Assembly (NCBI GenBank): GCA_964057225.1
Contig: OZ059896.1
Location: forward strand, 22,940,001 to 23,004,000
DNA: 64,000 nt
Origin: Auanema rhodensis
Lineage: Eukaryota; Animalia; Nematoda
Reading direction: 5' to 3'
Shown here one piece after another: positions 1 to 15,000 of the stretch. How positions within the stretch are numbered: position 1 is the stretch's first letter; the number at the start of each line of letters is the position of its first letter. The notes beneath the pieces are model-generated. The model did no database searches, was not told where the DNA came from, and saw nothing but the letters and a program-made list of their open reading frames with translations. The translations under genes and the position numbers were made by a program.

Positions 1-3000
1 TGGTTCATGGTAACCATGTCTTTGAAATTTACGTGAACTTTAATTTATGCTAATTAAATGTACACGTGATGTGCACTTGGTATGTAACTCGCTTCACGTG
101 AAAGATAAAGAGATGCGGTTTTCAAAATTAGATTCCCCATGTCCATATTAGTCTAAAAACAAATTTTTATTAATATTGGTTCATGGTAACCATGTCTTTG
201 AAATTTACGTGAACTTTAATTTATGCTAATTAAATGTACACGTGATGTGCACTTGGTATGTAACTCGCTTCACGTGAAAGATAAAAAGATGCGGTTTTCA
301 AAAAATTAGATTCCCCATGTCCATATTAGTATAAAAACAAATTTTTATTAATATTGGTTCATGGTAACCATGTCTTTGAAATTTACGTGAACTTTAATTT
401 ATGCTAATTAAATGTACACGTGATGTGCACTTGGTATGTAACTCGCTTCACGTGAAAGATAAAGAGATGCGGTTTTCAAAATTAGATTCCCCATGTCCAT
501 ATTAGTCTAAAAACAAATTTTTATTAATATTGGTTCATGGTAACCATGTCTTTGAAATTTACGTGAACTTTAATTTATGCTAATTAAATGTACACGTGAT
601 GTGCTCTTGGTATGTAACTCGCTTCACGTGAAAGATAAAGAGATGCGGTTTTCAAAATTAGATTCCCCATGTCCATATTAGTCTAAAAACAAATTTTTAT
701 TAATATTGGTTCATGGTAACCATGTCTTTGAAATTTACGTGAACTTTAATTTATGCTAATTAAATGTACACGTGATGTGCACTTGGTATGTAACTCGCTT
801 CACGTGAAAGATAAAAAGATGCGGTTTTCAAAAAATTAGATTCCCCATGTCCATATTAGTATAAAAACAAATTTTTATTAATATTGGTTCATGGTAACCA
901 TGTCTTTGAAATTTACGTGAACTTTAATTTATGCTAATTAAATGTACACGTGATGTGCACTTGGTATGTAACTCGCTTCACGTGAAAGATAAAAAGATGC
1001 GGTTTTCAAAAAATTAGATTCCCCATGTCCATATTAGTATAAAAACAAATTTTTATTAATATTGGTTCATGGTAACCATGTCTTTGAAATTTACGTGAAC
1101 TTTAATTTATGCTAATTAAATGTACACGTGATGTGCACTTGGTATGTAACTCGCTTCACGTGAAAGATAAAGAGATGCGGTTTTCAAAATTAGATTCCCC
1201 ATGTCCATATTAGTCTAAAAACAAATTTTTATTAATATTGGTTCATGGTAACCATGTCTTTGAAATTTACGTGAACTTTAATTTATGCTAATTAAATGTA
1301 CACGTGATGTGCACTTGGTATGTAACTCGCTTCACGTGAAAGATAAAGAGATGCGGTTTTCAAAATTAGATTCCCCATGTCCATATTAGTCTAAAAACAA
1401 ATTTTTAATGATATTGGTTCATGGTAACCATGACTTTGAAATTTACGTGAACTTTAATTTATGCTAATTAAATGTACACGTGATGTGCACTTGGTATGTA
1501 ACTCGCTTCACGTGAAAGATAAAGAGATGCGGTTTTCAAAATTAGATTCCCCATGTCCATACTAGTATAAAAACAAATTTTTATTAATATTGGTTCATGG
1601 TAACCATGTCTTTGAAATTTACGTGAACTTTAATTTATGTTAATTAAATGTACACGTGATGTGCACTTGGTATGTAACTCGCTTCACGTGAAAGATAAAG
1701 AGATGCGGTTTTCAAAATTAGATTCCCCATGTCCATATTAGTCTAAAAACAAATTTTTAATGATATTGGTTCATGGTAACAATGACTTTGAAATTTACGT
1801 GAACTTTAATTTATGCTAATTAAATGTACACGTGATGTGCACTTGGTATGTAACTCGCTTCACGTGAAAGATAAAGAGATGCGGTTTTCAAAATTAGATT
1901 CCCCATGTCCATATTAGTCTAAAAACAAATTTTTATTAATATTGGTTCATGGTAACCATGTCTTTGAAATTTACGTGAACTTTAATTTATGCTAATTAAA
2001 TGTACACGTGATGTGCACTTGGTATGTAACTCGCTTCACGTGAAAGATAAAGAGATGCGGTTTTCAAAATTAGATTCCCCATGCCCATATTAGTCTAAAA
2101 ACAAATTTTTATTGATATTGGTTCATGGTAACCATGACTTTGAAATTTACGTGAACTTTAATTTATGCTAATTAAATGTACACGTGATGTGCACTTGGTA
2201 TGTAACTCGCTTCACGTGAAAGATAAAGAGATGCGGTTTTCAAAATTAGATTCCCCATGTCCATATTAGTCTAAAAACAAATTTTTATTGATATTGGTTC
2301 ATGGTAACCATGACTTTGAAATTTACGTGAACTTTAATTTATGCTAATTAAATGTACACGTGATGTGCACTTGGTATGTAACTCGCTTCACGTGAAAGAT
2401 AAAGAGATGCGGTTTTCAAAATTAGATTCCCCATGTCCATATTAGTCTAAAAACAAATTTTTATTAATATTGGTTCATGGTAACCATGTCTTTGAAATTT
2501 ACGTGAACTTTAATTTATGCTAATTAAATGTACACGTGATGTGCACTTGGTATGTAACTCGCTTCACGTGAAAGATAAAGAGATGCGGTTTTCAAAATTA
2601 GATTCCCCATGTCCATATTAGTCTAAAAACAAATTTTTATTTATATTGGTTCATGGTAACCATGTCTTTGAAATTTACGTGAACTTTAATTTATGCTAAT
2701 TAAATGTACACGTGATGTGCACTTGGTATGTAACTCGCTTCACGTGAAAGATAAAGAGATGCGGTTTTCAAAATTAGATTCCCCATGTCCATATTAGTCT
2801 AAAAACAAATTTTTATTGATATTGGTTCATGGTAACCATGACTTTGAAATTTACGTGAACTTTAATTTATGCTAATTAAATGTACACGTGATGTGCACTT
2901 GGTATGTAACTCGCTTCACGTGAAAGATAAAGAGATGCGGTTTTCAAAATTAGATTCCCCATGTCCATATTAGTCTAAAAACAAATTTTTATTGATATTG

Positions 3001-6000
3001 GTTCATGGTAACCATGACTTTGAAATTTACGTGAACTTTAATTTATGCTAATTAAATGTACACGTGATGTGCACTTGGTATGTAACTCGCTTCACGTGAA
3101 AGATAAAGAGATGCGGTTTTCAAAATTAGATTCCCCATGTCCATATTAGTCTAAAAACAAATTTTTATTGATATTGGTTCATGGTAACCATGACTTTGAA
3201 ATTTACGTGAACTTTAATTTATGCTAATTAAATGTACACGTGATGTGCACTTGGTATGTAACTCGCTTCACGTGAAAGATAAAGAGATGCGGTTTTCAAA
3301 ATTAGATTCCCCATGTCCATATTAGTCTAAAAACAAATTTTTATTGATATTGGTTCATGGTAACCATGACTTTGAAATTTACGTGAACTTTAATTTATGC
3401 TAATTAAATGTACACGTGATGTGCACTTGGTATGTAACTCGCTTCACGTGAAAGATAAAGAGATGCGGTTTTCAAAATTAGATTCCCCATGTCCATATTA
3501 GTCTAAAAACAAATTTTCATTAATATTGGTTTATGGTAACCATGTCTTTGAAATTTACGTGAACTTTAATTTATGCTAATTAAATGTACACGTGATGTGC
3601 ACTTGGTATGTAACTCGCTTCACGTGAAAGATAAAGAGATGCGGTTTTCAAAATTAGATTCCCCATGTCCATATTAGTCTAAAAACAAATTTTTATTAAT
3701 ATTGGTTCATGGTAACCATGTCTTTGAAATTTACGTGAACTTTAATTTATGCTAATTAAATGTACACGTGATGTGCACTTGGTATGTAACTCGCTTCACG
3801 TGAAAGATAAAGAGATGCGGTTTTCAAAATTAGATTCCCCATGTCCATATTAGTCTAAAAACAAATTTTTATTAATATTGGTTCATGGTAACCATGTCTT
3901 TGAAATTTACGTGAAATTTAATTTATGCTAATTAAATGTACACGTGATGTGCACTTGGTATGTAACTCGCTTCACGTGAAAGATAAAGAGATGCAGTTTT
4001 CAAAATTAGATTCCCCATGTCCATATTAGTCTAAAAACAAATTTTTATTAATATTGGTTCATGGTAACCATGTCTTTGAAATTTACGTGAAATTTAATTT
4101 ATGCTAATTAAATGTACACGTGATGTGCACTTGGTATGTAACTCGCTTCACGTGAAAGATAAAGAGATGCGGTTTTCAAAATTAGATTCCCCATGTCCAT
4201 ATTAGTCTAAAAACAAATTTTTATTAATATTGGTTCATGGTAACCATGTCTTTGAAATTTACGTGAACTTTAATTTATGCTAATTAAATGTACACGTGAT
4301 GTGCACTTGGTATGTAACTCGCTTCACGTGAAAGATAAAGAGATGCGGTTTTCAAAATTAGATTTCCCATGTCCATATTAGTCTAAAAACAAATTTTTAT
4401 TAATATTGGTTCATGGTAACCATGTCTTTGAAATTTACGTGAAATTTAATTTATGCTAATTAAATGTACACGTGATGTGCACTTGGTATGTAACTCGCTT
4501 CACGTGAAAGATAAAGAGATGCGGTTTTCAAAATTAGATTCCCCATGTCCATATTAGTCTAAAAACAAATTTTTATTAATATTGGTTCATGGTAACCATG
4601 TCTTTGAAATTTACGTGAACTTTAATTTATGCTAATTAAATGTACACGTGATGTGCACTTGGTATGTAACTCGCTTCACGTGAAAGATAAAGAGATGCGG
4701 TTTTCAAAATTAGATTCCCCATGTCCATATTAGTCTAAAAACAAATTTTTATTAATATTGGTTCATGGTAACCATGTCTTTGAAATTTACGTGAAATTTA
4801 ATTTATGCTAATTAAATGTACACGTGATGTGCACTTGGTATGTAACTCGCTTCACGTGAAAGATAAAGAGATGCGGTTTTCAAAATTAGATTCCCCATGT
4901 CCATATTAGTCTAAAAACAAATTTTTATTAATATTGGTTCATGGTAACCATGTCTTTGAAATTTACGTGAACTTTAATTTATGCTAATTAAATGTACACG
5001 TGATGTGCACTTGGTATGTAACTCGCTTCACGTGAAAGATAAAGAGATGCGGTTTTCAAAATTAGATTCCCCATGTCCATATTAGTCTAAAAACAAATTT
5101 TTATTAATATTGGTTCATGGTAACCATGTCTTTGAAATTTACGTGAAATTTAATTTATGCTAATTAAATGTACACGTGATGTGCACTTGGTATGTAACTC
5201 GCTTCACGTGAAAGATAAAGAGATGCTGTTTTCAAAATTAGATTCCCCATGTCCATATTAGTCTAAAAACAAATTTTTATTGATATTGGTTCATGGTAAC
5301 CATGACTTTGAAATTTACGTGAACTTTAATTTATGCTAATTAAATGTACACGTGATGTGCACTTGGTATGTAACTCGCTTCACGTGAAAGATAAAGAGAT
5401 GCGGTTTTCAAAATTAGATTCCCCATGTCCATATTAGTCTAAAAACAAATTTTCATTAATATTGGTTTATGGTAACCATATCTTTGAAATTTACGTGAAC
5501 TTTAATTTATGCTAATTAAATGTACACGTGATGTGCACTTGGTATGTAACTCGCTTCACGTGAAAGATAAAGAGATGCGGTTTTCAAAATTAGATTCCCC
5601 ATGTCCATATTAGTCTAAAAACAAATTTTTATTAATATTGGTTCATGGTAACCATGTCTTTGAAATTTACGTGAAATTTAATTTATGCTAATTAAATGTA
5701 CACGTGATGTGCACTTGGTATGTAACTCGCTTCACGTGAAAGATAAAGAGATGCGGTTTTCAAAATTAGATTCCCCATGTCCATATTAGTCTAAAAACAA
5801 ATTTTTATTAATATTGGTTCATGGTAACCATGTCTTTGAAATTTACGTGAACTTTAATTTATGCTAATTAAATGTACACGTGATGTGCACTTGGTATGTA
5901 ACTCGCTTCACGTGAAAGATAAAGAGATGCGGTTTTCAAAATTAGATTCCCCATGTCCATATTAGTCTAAAAACAAATTTTTATTAATATTGGTTCATGG

Positions 6001-9000
6001 TAACCATGTCTTTGAAATTTACGTGAAATTTAATTTATGCTAATTAAATGTACACGTGATGTGCACTTGGTATGTAACTCGCTTCACGTGAAAGATAAAG
6101 AGATGCGGTTTTCAAAATTAGATTCCCCATGTCCATATTAGTCTAAAAACAAATTTTTATTAATATTGGTTCATGGTAACCATGTCTTTGAAATTTACGT
6201 GAACTTTAATTTATGCTAATTAAATGTACACGTGATGTGCACTTGGTATGTAACTCGCTTCACGTGAAAGATAAAGAGATGCGGTTTTCAAAATTAGATT
6301 CCCCATGTCCATATTAGTCTAAAAACAAATTTTTATTAATATTGGTTCATGGTAACCATGTCTTTGAAATTTACGTGAAATTTAATTTATGCTAATTAAA
6401 TGTACACGTGATGTGCACTTGGTATGTAACTCGCTTCACGTGAAAGATAAAGAGATGCTGTTTTCAAAATTAGATTCCCCATGTCCATATTAGTCTAAAA
6501 ACAAATTTTTATTGATATTGGTTCATGGTAACCATGACTTTGAAATTTACGTGAACTTTAATTTATGCTAATTAAATGTACACGTGATGTGCACTTGGTA
6601 TGTAACTCGCTTCACGTAAAAGATAAAGAGATGCGGTTTTCAAAATTAGATTCCCCATGTCCATATTAGTCTAAAAACAAATTTTCATTAATATTGGTTT
6701 ATGGTAACCATATCTTTGAAATTTACGTGAACTTTAATTTATGCTAATTAAATGTACACGTGATGTGCACTTGGTATGTAACTCGCTTCACGTGAAAGAT
6801 AAAGAGATGCGGTTTTCAAAATTAGATTCCCCATGTCCATATTAGTCTAAAAACAAATTTTTATTGATATTGTTTCATGGTAACCATGACTTTGAAATTT
6901 ACGTGAACTTTAATTTATGCTAATTAAATGTACACGTGATGTGCACTTGGTATGTAACTCGCTTCACGTGAAAGATAAAGAGATGCGGTTTTCAAAATTA
7001 GATTCCCCATGTCCATATTAGTCTAAAAACAAATTTTCATTAATATTGGTTTATGGTAACCATGTCTTTGAAATTTACGTGAACTTTAATTTATGCTAAT
7101 TAAATGTACACGTGATGTGCACTTGGTATGTAACTCGCTTCACGTGAAAGATAAAGAGATGCGGTTTTCAAAATTAGATTCCCCATGTCCATATTAGTCT
7201 AAAAACAAATTTTTATTAATATTGGTTCATGGTAACCATGTCTTTGAAATTTACGTGAACTTTAATTTATGCTAATTAAATGTACACGTGATGTGCACTT
7301 GGTATGTAACTCGCTTCACGTGAAAGATAAAGAGATGCGGTTTTCAAAATTAGATTCCCCATGTCCATATTAGTCTAAAAACAAATTTTTATTAATATTG
7401 GTTCATGGTAACCATGTCTTTGAAATTTACGTGAAATTTAATTTATGCTAATTAAATGTACACGTGATGTGCACTTGGTATGTAACTCGCTTCACGTGAA
7501 AGATAAAGAGATGCGGTTTTCAAAATTAGATTCCCCATGTCCATATTAGTCTAAAAACAAATTTTTATTAATATTGGTTCATGGTAACCATGTCTTTGAA
7601 ATTTACGTGAACTTTAATTTATGCTAATTAAATGTACACGTGATGTGCACTTGGTATGTAACTCGCTTCACGTGAAAGATAAAGAGATGCGGTTTTCAAA
7701 ATTAGATTCCCCATGTCCATATTAGTCTAAAAACAAATTTTTATTAATATTGGTTCATGGTAACCATGTCTTTGAAATTTACGTGAAATTTAATTTATGC
7801 TAATTAAATGTACACGTGATGTGCACTTGGTATGTAACTCGCTTCACGTGAAAGATAAAGAGATGCGGTTTTCAAAATTAGATTCCCCATGTCCATATTA
7901 GTCTAAAAACAAATTTTTATTAATATTGGTTCATGGTAACCATGTCTTTGAAATTTACGTGAACTTTAATTTATGCTAATTAAATGTACACGTGATGTGC
8001 ACTTGGTATGTAACTCGCTTCACGTGAAAGATAAAGAGATGCGGTTTTCAAAATTAGATTCCCCATGTCCATATTAGTCTAAAAACAAATTTTTATTAAT
8101 ATTGGTTCATGGTAACCATGTCTTTGAAATTTACGTGAACTTTAATTTATGCTAATTGAATGTACACGTGATGTGCACTTGGTATGTAACTCGCTTCACG
8201 TGAAAGATAAAGAGATGCGGTTTTCAAAATTAGATTCCCCATGTCCATATTAGTCTAAAAACAAATTTTTATTGATATTGGTTCATGGTAACCATGACTT
8301 TGAAATTTACGTGAACTTTAATTTATGCTAATTAAATGTACACGTGATGTGCTCTTGGTATGTAACTCGCTTCACGTGAAAGATAAAGAGATGCGGTTTT
8401 CAAAATTGGATTCCCCATGTCCATATTAGTCTAAAAACAAATTTTTATTAATATTGGTTCATGGTAACCATGTCTTTGAAATTTACGTGAACTTTAATTT
8501 ATGCTAATTAAATGTACACGTGATGTGCACTTGGTATGTAACTCGCTTCACGTGAAAGATAAAGAGATGCTGTTTTCAAAATTAGATTCCCCATGCCCAT
8601 ATTAGTCTAAAAACAAATTTTTATTGATATTGGTTCATGGTAACCATGACTTTGAAATTTACGTGAACTTTAATTTATGCTAATTAAATGTACACGTGAT
8701 GTGCACTTGGTATGTAACTCGCTTCACGTGAAAGATAAAGAGATGCGGTTTTCAAAATTAGATTCCCCATGTCCATATTAGTCTAAAAACAAATTTTTAT
8801 TGATATTGGTTCATGGTAACCATGACTTTGAAATTTACGTGAACTTTAATTTATGCTAATTAAATGTACTCGTGATGTGCACTTGGTATGTAACTCGCTT
8901 CACTTGAAAGATAAAGAGATGCGGTTTTCAAAATTAGATTCCCCATGTCCATATTAGTATAAAAATAAATTTTTATTAATATTGGTTCATGGTAACCATG

Positions 9001-12000
9001 TCTTTGAAATTTACGTGAACTTTAATTTATGCTAATTAAATGTACACGTGATGTGCACTTGGTATGTAACTCGCTTCACGTGAAAGATAAAGAGATGCGG
9101 TTTTCAAAATTAGATTCCCCATGTCCATATTAGTCTAAAAACAAATTTTTATTGATATTGGTTCATGGTAACCATGACTTTGAAATTTACGTGAACTTTA
9201 ATTTATGCTAATTAAATGTACACGTGATGTGCACTTGGTATGTAACTCGCTTCACGTGAAAGATAAAGAGATGCGGTTTTCAAAATTAGATTCCCCATGT
9301 CCATATTAGTCTAAAAACAAATTTTTATTGATATTGGTTCATGGTAACCATGACTTTGAAATTTACGTGAACTTTAATTTATGCTAATTAAATGTACACG
9401 TGATGTGCACTTGGTATGTAACTCGCTTCACGTGAAAGATAAAGAGATGCGGTTTTCAAAATTAGATTCCCCATGTCCATATTAGTCTAAAAACAAATTT
9501 TCATTAATATTGGTTTATGGTAACCATGTCTTTGAAATTTACGTGAACTTTAATTTATGCTAATTAAATGTACACGTGATGTGCACTTGGTATGTAACTC
9601 GCTTCACGTGAAAGATAAAGAGATGCGGTTTTCAAAATTAGATTCCCCATGTCCATATTAGTCTAAAAACAAATTTTTATTGATATTGGTTCATGGTAAC
9701 CATGACTTTGAAATTTACGTGAACTTTAATTTATGCTAATTAAATGTACACGTGATGTGCACTTGGTATGTAACTCGCTTCACGTGAAAGATAAAGAGAT
9801 GCGGTTTTCAAAATTAGATTCCCCATGTCCATATTAGTCTAAAAACAAATTTTCATTAATATTGGTTTATGGTAACCATGTCTTTGAAATTTACGTGAAC
9901 TTTAATTTATGCTAATTAAATGTACACGTGATGTGCACTTGGTATGTAACTCGCTTCACGTGAAAGATAAAGAGATGCGGTTTTCAAAATTAGATTCCCC
10001 ATGTCCATATTAGTCTAAAAACAAATTTTTATTAATATTGGTTCATGGTAACCATGTCTTTGAAATTTACGTGAACTTTAATTTATGCTAATTAAATGTA
10101 CACGTGATGTGCACTTGGTATGTAACTCGCTTCACGTGAAAGATAAAGAGATGCAGTTTTCAAAATTAGATTCCCCATGTCCATATTAGTCTAAAAACAA
10201 ATTTTTATTAATATTGGTTCATGGTAACCATGTCTTTGAAATTTACGTGAAATTTAATTTATGCTAATTAAATGTACACGTGATGTGCACTTGGTATGTA
10301 ACTCGCTTCACGTGAAAGATAAAGAGATGCGGTTTTCAAAATTAGATTCCCCATGTCCATATTAGTCTAAAAACAAATTTTTATTAATATTGGTTCATGG
10401 TAACCATGTCTTTGAAATTTACGTGAACTTTAATTTATGCTAATTAAATGTACACGTGATGTGCACTTGGTATGTAACTCGCTTCACGTGAAAGATAAAG
10501 AGATGCGGTTTTCAAAATTAGATTCCCCATGTCCATATTAGTCTAAAAACAAATTTTTATTAATATTGGTTCATGGTAACCATGTCTTTGAAATTTACGT
10601 GAACTTTAATTTATGCTAATTGAATGTACACGTGATGTGCACTTGGTATGTAACTCGCTTCACGTGAAAGATAAAGAGATGCGGTTTTCAAAATTAGATT
10701 CCCCATGTCCATATTAGTCTAAAAACAAATTTTTATTGATATTGGTTCATGGTAACCATGACTTTGAAATTTACGTGAACTTTAATTTATGCTAATTAAA
10801 TGTACACGTGATGTGCTCTTGGTATGTAACTCGCTTCACGTGAAAGATAAAGAGATGCGGTTTTCAAAATTAGATTCCCCATGTCCATATTAGTCTAAAA
10901 ACAAATTTTTATTGATATTGGTTCATGGTAACCATGACTTTGAAATTTACGTGAACTTTAATTTATGCTAATTAAATGTACACGTGATGTGCTCTTGGTA
11001 TGTAACTCGCTTCACTTGAAAGATAAAGAGATGCGGTTTTCAAAATTAGATTCCCCATGTCCATATTAGTCTAAAAACAAATTTTTATTAATATTGGTTC
11101 ATGGTAACCATGTCTTTGAAATTTACGTGAACTTTAATTTATGCTAATTAAATGTACACGTGATGTGCACTTGGTATGTAACTCGCTTCACGTGAAAGAT
11201 AAAGAGATGCGGTTTTCAAAATTAGATTCCCCATGTCCATATTAGTCTAAAAACAAATTTTTATTAATATTGGTTCATGGTAACCATGTCTTTGAAATTT
11301 ACGTGAACTTTAATTTATGCTAATTAAATGTACACGTGATGTGCTCTTGGTATGTAACTCGCTTCACGTGAAAGATAAAGAGATGCGGTTTTCAAAATTA
11401 GATTCCCCATGTCCATATTAGTCTAAAAACAAATTTTTATTAATATTGGTTCATGGTAACCATGTCTTTGAAATTTACGTGAACTTTAATTTATGCTAAT
11501 TAAATGTACACGTGATGTGCACTTGGTATGTAACTCGCTTCACGTGAAAGATAAAGAGATGCGGTTTTCAAAATTAGATTCCCCATGTCCATATTAGTCT
11601 AAAAACAAATTTTTATTGATATTGGTTCATGGTAACCATGACTTTGAAATTTACGTGAACTTTAATTTATGCTAATTAAATGTACACGTGATGTGCTCTT
11701 GGTATGTAACTCGCTTCACGTGAAAGATAAAGAGATGCGGTTTTCAAAATTAGATTCCCCATGTCCATATTAGTATAAAAACAAATTTTTATTAATATTG
11801 GTTCATGGTAACCATGTCTTTGAAATTTACGTGTACTTTAATTTATGCTAATTAAATGTACACGTGATGTGCACTTGGTATGTAACTCGCTTCACGTGAA
11901 AGATAAAGAGATGCGGTTTTCAAAATTAGATTCCCCATGTCCATATTAGTCTAAAAACAAATTTTTATTGATATTGGTTCATGGTAACCATGACTTTGAA

Positions 12001-15000
12001 ATTTACGTGAACTTTAATTTATGCTAATTAAATGTACACGTGATGTGCACTTGGTATGTAACTCGCTTCACGTGAAAGATAAAGAGATGCGGTTTTCAAA
12101 ATTAGATTCCCCATGTCCATATTAGTCTAAAAACAAATTTTTATTGATATTGGTTCATGGTAACCATGACTTTGAAATTTACGTGAACTTTAATTTATGC
12201 TAATTAAATGTACACGTGATGTGCACTTGGTATGTAACTCGCTTCACGTGAAAGATAAAGAGATGCGGTTTTCAAAATTAGATTCCCCATGTCCATATTA
12301 GTCTAAAAACAAATTTTTATTAATATTGGTTCATGGTAACCATGTCTTTGAAATTTACGTGAACTTTAATTTATGCTAATTAAATGTACACGTGATGTGC
12401 ACTTGGTATGTAACTCGCTTCACGTGAAAGATAAAAAGATGCGGTTTTCAAAATTAGATTCCCCATGTCCATATTAGTATAAAAACAAATTTTTATTAAT
12501 ATTGGTTCATGGTAACCATGTCTTTGAAATTTACGTGAACTTTAATTTATGCTAATTAAATGTACACTTGATGTGCACTTGGTATGTAACTCGCTTCACG
12601 TGAAAGATAAAGAGATGCGGTTTTCAAAATTAGATTCCCCATGTCCATATTAGTCTAAAAACAAATTTTTATTGATATTGGTTCATGGTAACCATGACTT
12701 TGAAATTTACGTGAACTTTAATTTATGCTAATTAAATGTACACGTGATGTGCACTTGGTATGTAACTCGCTTCACGTGAAAGATAAAGAGATGCGGTTTT
12801 CAAAATTAGATTCCCCATGTCCATATTAGTCTAAAAACAAATTTTTATTGATATTGGTTCATGGTAACCATGACTTTGAAATTTACGTGAACTTTAATTT
12901 ATGCTAATTAAATGTACACGTGATGTGCACTTGGTATGTAACTCGCTTCACGTGAAAGATAAAGAGATGCGGTTTTCAAAATTAGATTCCCCATGTCCAT
13001 ATTAGTCTAAAAACAAATTTTTATTAATATTGGTTCATGGTAACCATGTCTTTGAAATTTACGTGAACTTTAATTTATGCTAATTAAATGTACACGTGAT
13101 GTGCACTTGGTATGTAACTCGCTTCACGTGAAAGATAAAGAGATGCGGTTTTCAAAATTAGATTCCCCATGTCCATATTAGTCTAAAAACAAATTTTCAT
13201 TAATATTGGTTTATGGTAACCATGTCTTTGAAATTTACGTGAACTTTAATTTATGCTAATTAAATGTACACGTGATGTGCACTTGGTATGTAACTCGCTT
13301 CACGTGAAAGATAAAGAGATGCGGTTTTCAAAATTAGATTCCCCATGTCCATATTAGTCTAAAAACAAATTTTTATTGATATTGGTTCATGGTAACCATG
13401 ACTTTGAAATTTACGTGAACTTTAATTTATGCTAATTAAATGTACACGTGATGTGCACTTGGTATGTAACTCGCTTCACGTGAAAGATAAAGAGATGCGG
13501 TTTTCAAAATTAGATTCCCCATGTTCATATTAGTCTAAAAACAAATTTTTATTAATAGTGGTTCATGGTAACCATGTCTTTGAAATTTACGTGAACTTTA
13601 ATTTATGCTAATTAAATGTACACGTGATGTGCACTTGGTATGTAACTCGCTTCACGTGAAAGATAAAGAGATGCGGTTTTCAAAATTAGATTCCCCATGT
13701 CCATATTAGTCTAAAAACAAATTTTTATTGATATTGGTTCATGGTAACCATGACTTTGAAATTTACGTGAACTTTAATTTATGCTAATTAAATGTACACG
13801 TGATGTGCACTTGGTATGTAACTCGCTTCACGTGAAAGATAAAGAGATGCGGTTTTCAAAATTAGATTATCCATGTCCATATTAGTCTAAAAACAAATTT
13901 TTATTAATATTGGTTCATGGTAACCATGTCTTTGAAATTTACGTGAACTTTAATTTATGCTAATTAAATGTACACGTGATGTGCACTTGGTATGTAACTC
14001 GCTTCACGTGAAAGATAAAGAGATGCGGTTTTCAAAATTAGATTCCCCATGTCCATATTAGTCTAAAAACAAATTTTTATTAATATTGGTTCATGGTAAC
14101 CATGTCTTTGAAATTTACGTGAAATTTAATTTATGCTAATTAAATGTACACGTGATGTGCACTTGGTATGTAACTCGCTTCACGTGAAAGATAAAGAGAT
14201 GCGGTTTTCTAAATTAGATTCCCCATGTCCATATTAGTCTAAAAACAAATTTTTATTAATATTGGTTCATGGTAACCATGTCTTTGAAATTTACGTGAAC
14301 TTTAATTTATGCTAATTAAATGTACACGTGATGTGCACTTGGTATGTAACTCGCTTCACGTGAAAGATAAAGAGATGCGGTTTTCAAAATTAGATTCCCC
14401 ATGTCCATATTAGTCTAAAAACAAATTTTTATTAATATTGGTTCATGGTAACCATGTCTTTGAAATTTACGTGAACTTTAATTTATGCTAATTGAATGTA
14501 CACGTGATGTGCACTTGGTATGTAACTCGCTTCACGTGAAAGATAAAGAGATGCGGTTTTCAAAATTAGATTCCCCATGTCCATATTAGTCTAAAAACAA
14601 ATTTTTATTGATATTGGTTCATGGTAACCATGACTTTGAAATTTACGTGAACTTTAATTTATGCTAATTAAATGTACACGTGATGTGCTCTTGGTATGTA
14701 ACTCGCTTCACGTGAAAGATAAAGAGATGCGGTTTTCAAAATTAGATTCCCCATGTCCATATTAGTCTAAAAACAAATTTTTATTGATATTGGTTCATGG
14801 TAACCATGACTTTGAAATTTACGTGAACTTTAATTTATGCTAATTAAATGTACACGTGATGTGCACTTGGTATGTAACTCGCTTCACGTGAAAGATAAAG
14901 AGATGCGGTTTTCAAAATTAGATTCCCCATGTCCATATTAGTCTAAAAACAAATTTTTATTAATATTGGTTCATGGTAACCATGTCTTTGAAATTTACGT

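Noticed and set aside
87-103. CENP-B box at ACTCGCTTCACGTGAAA
   Set aside because: Lacks the TTCG and CGGG core positions.
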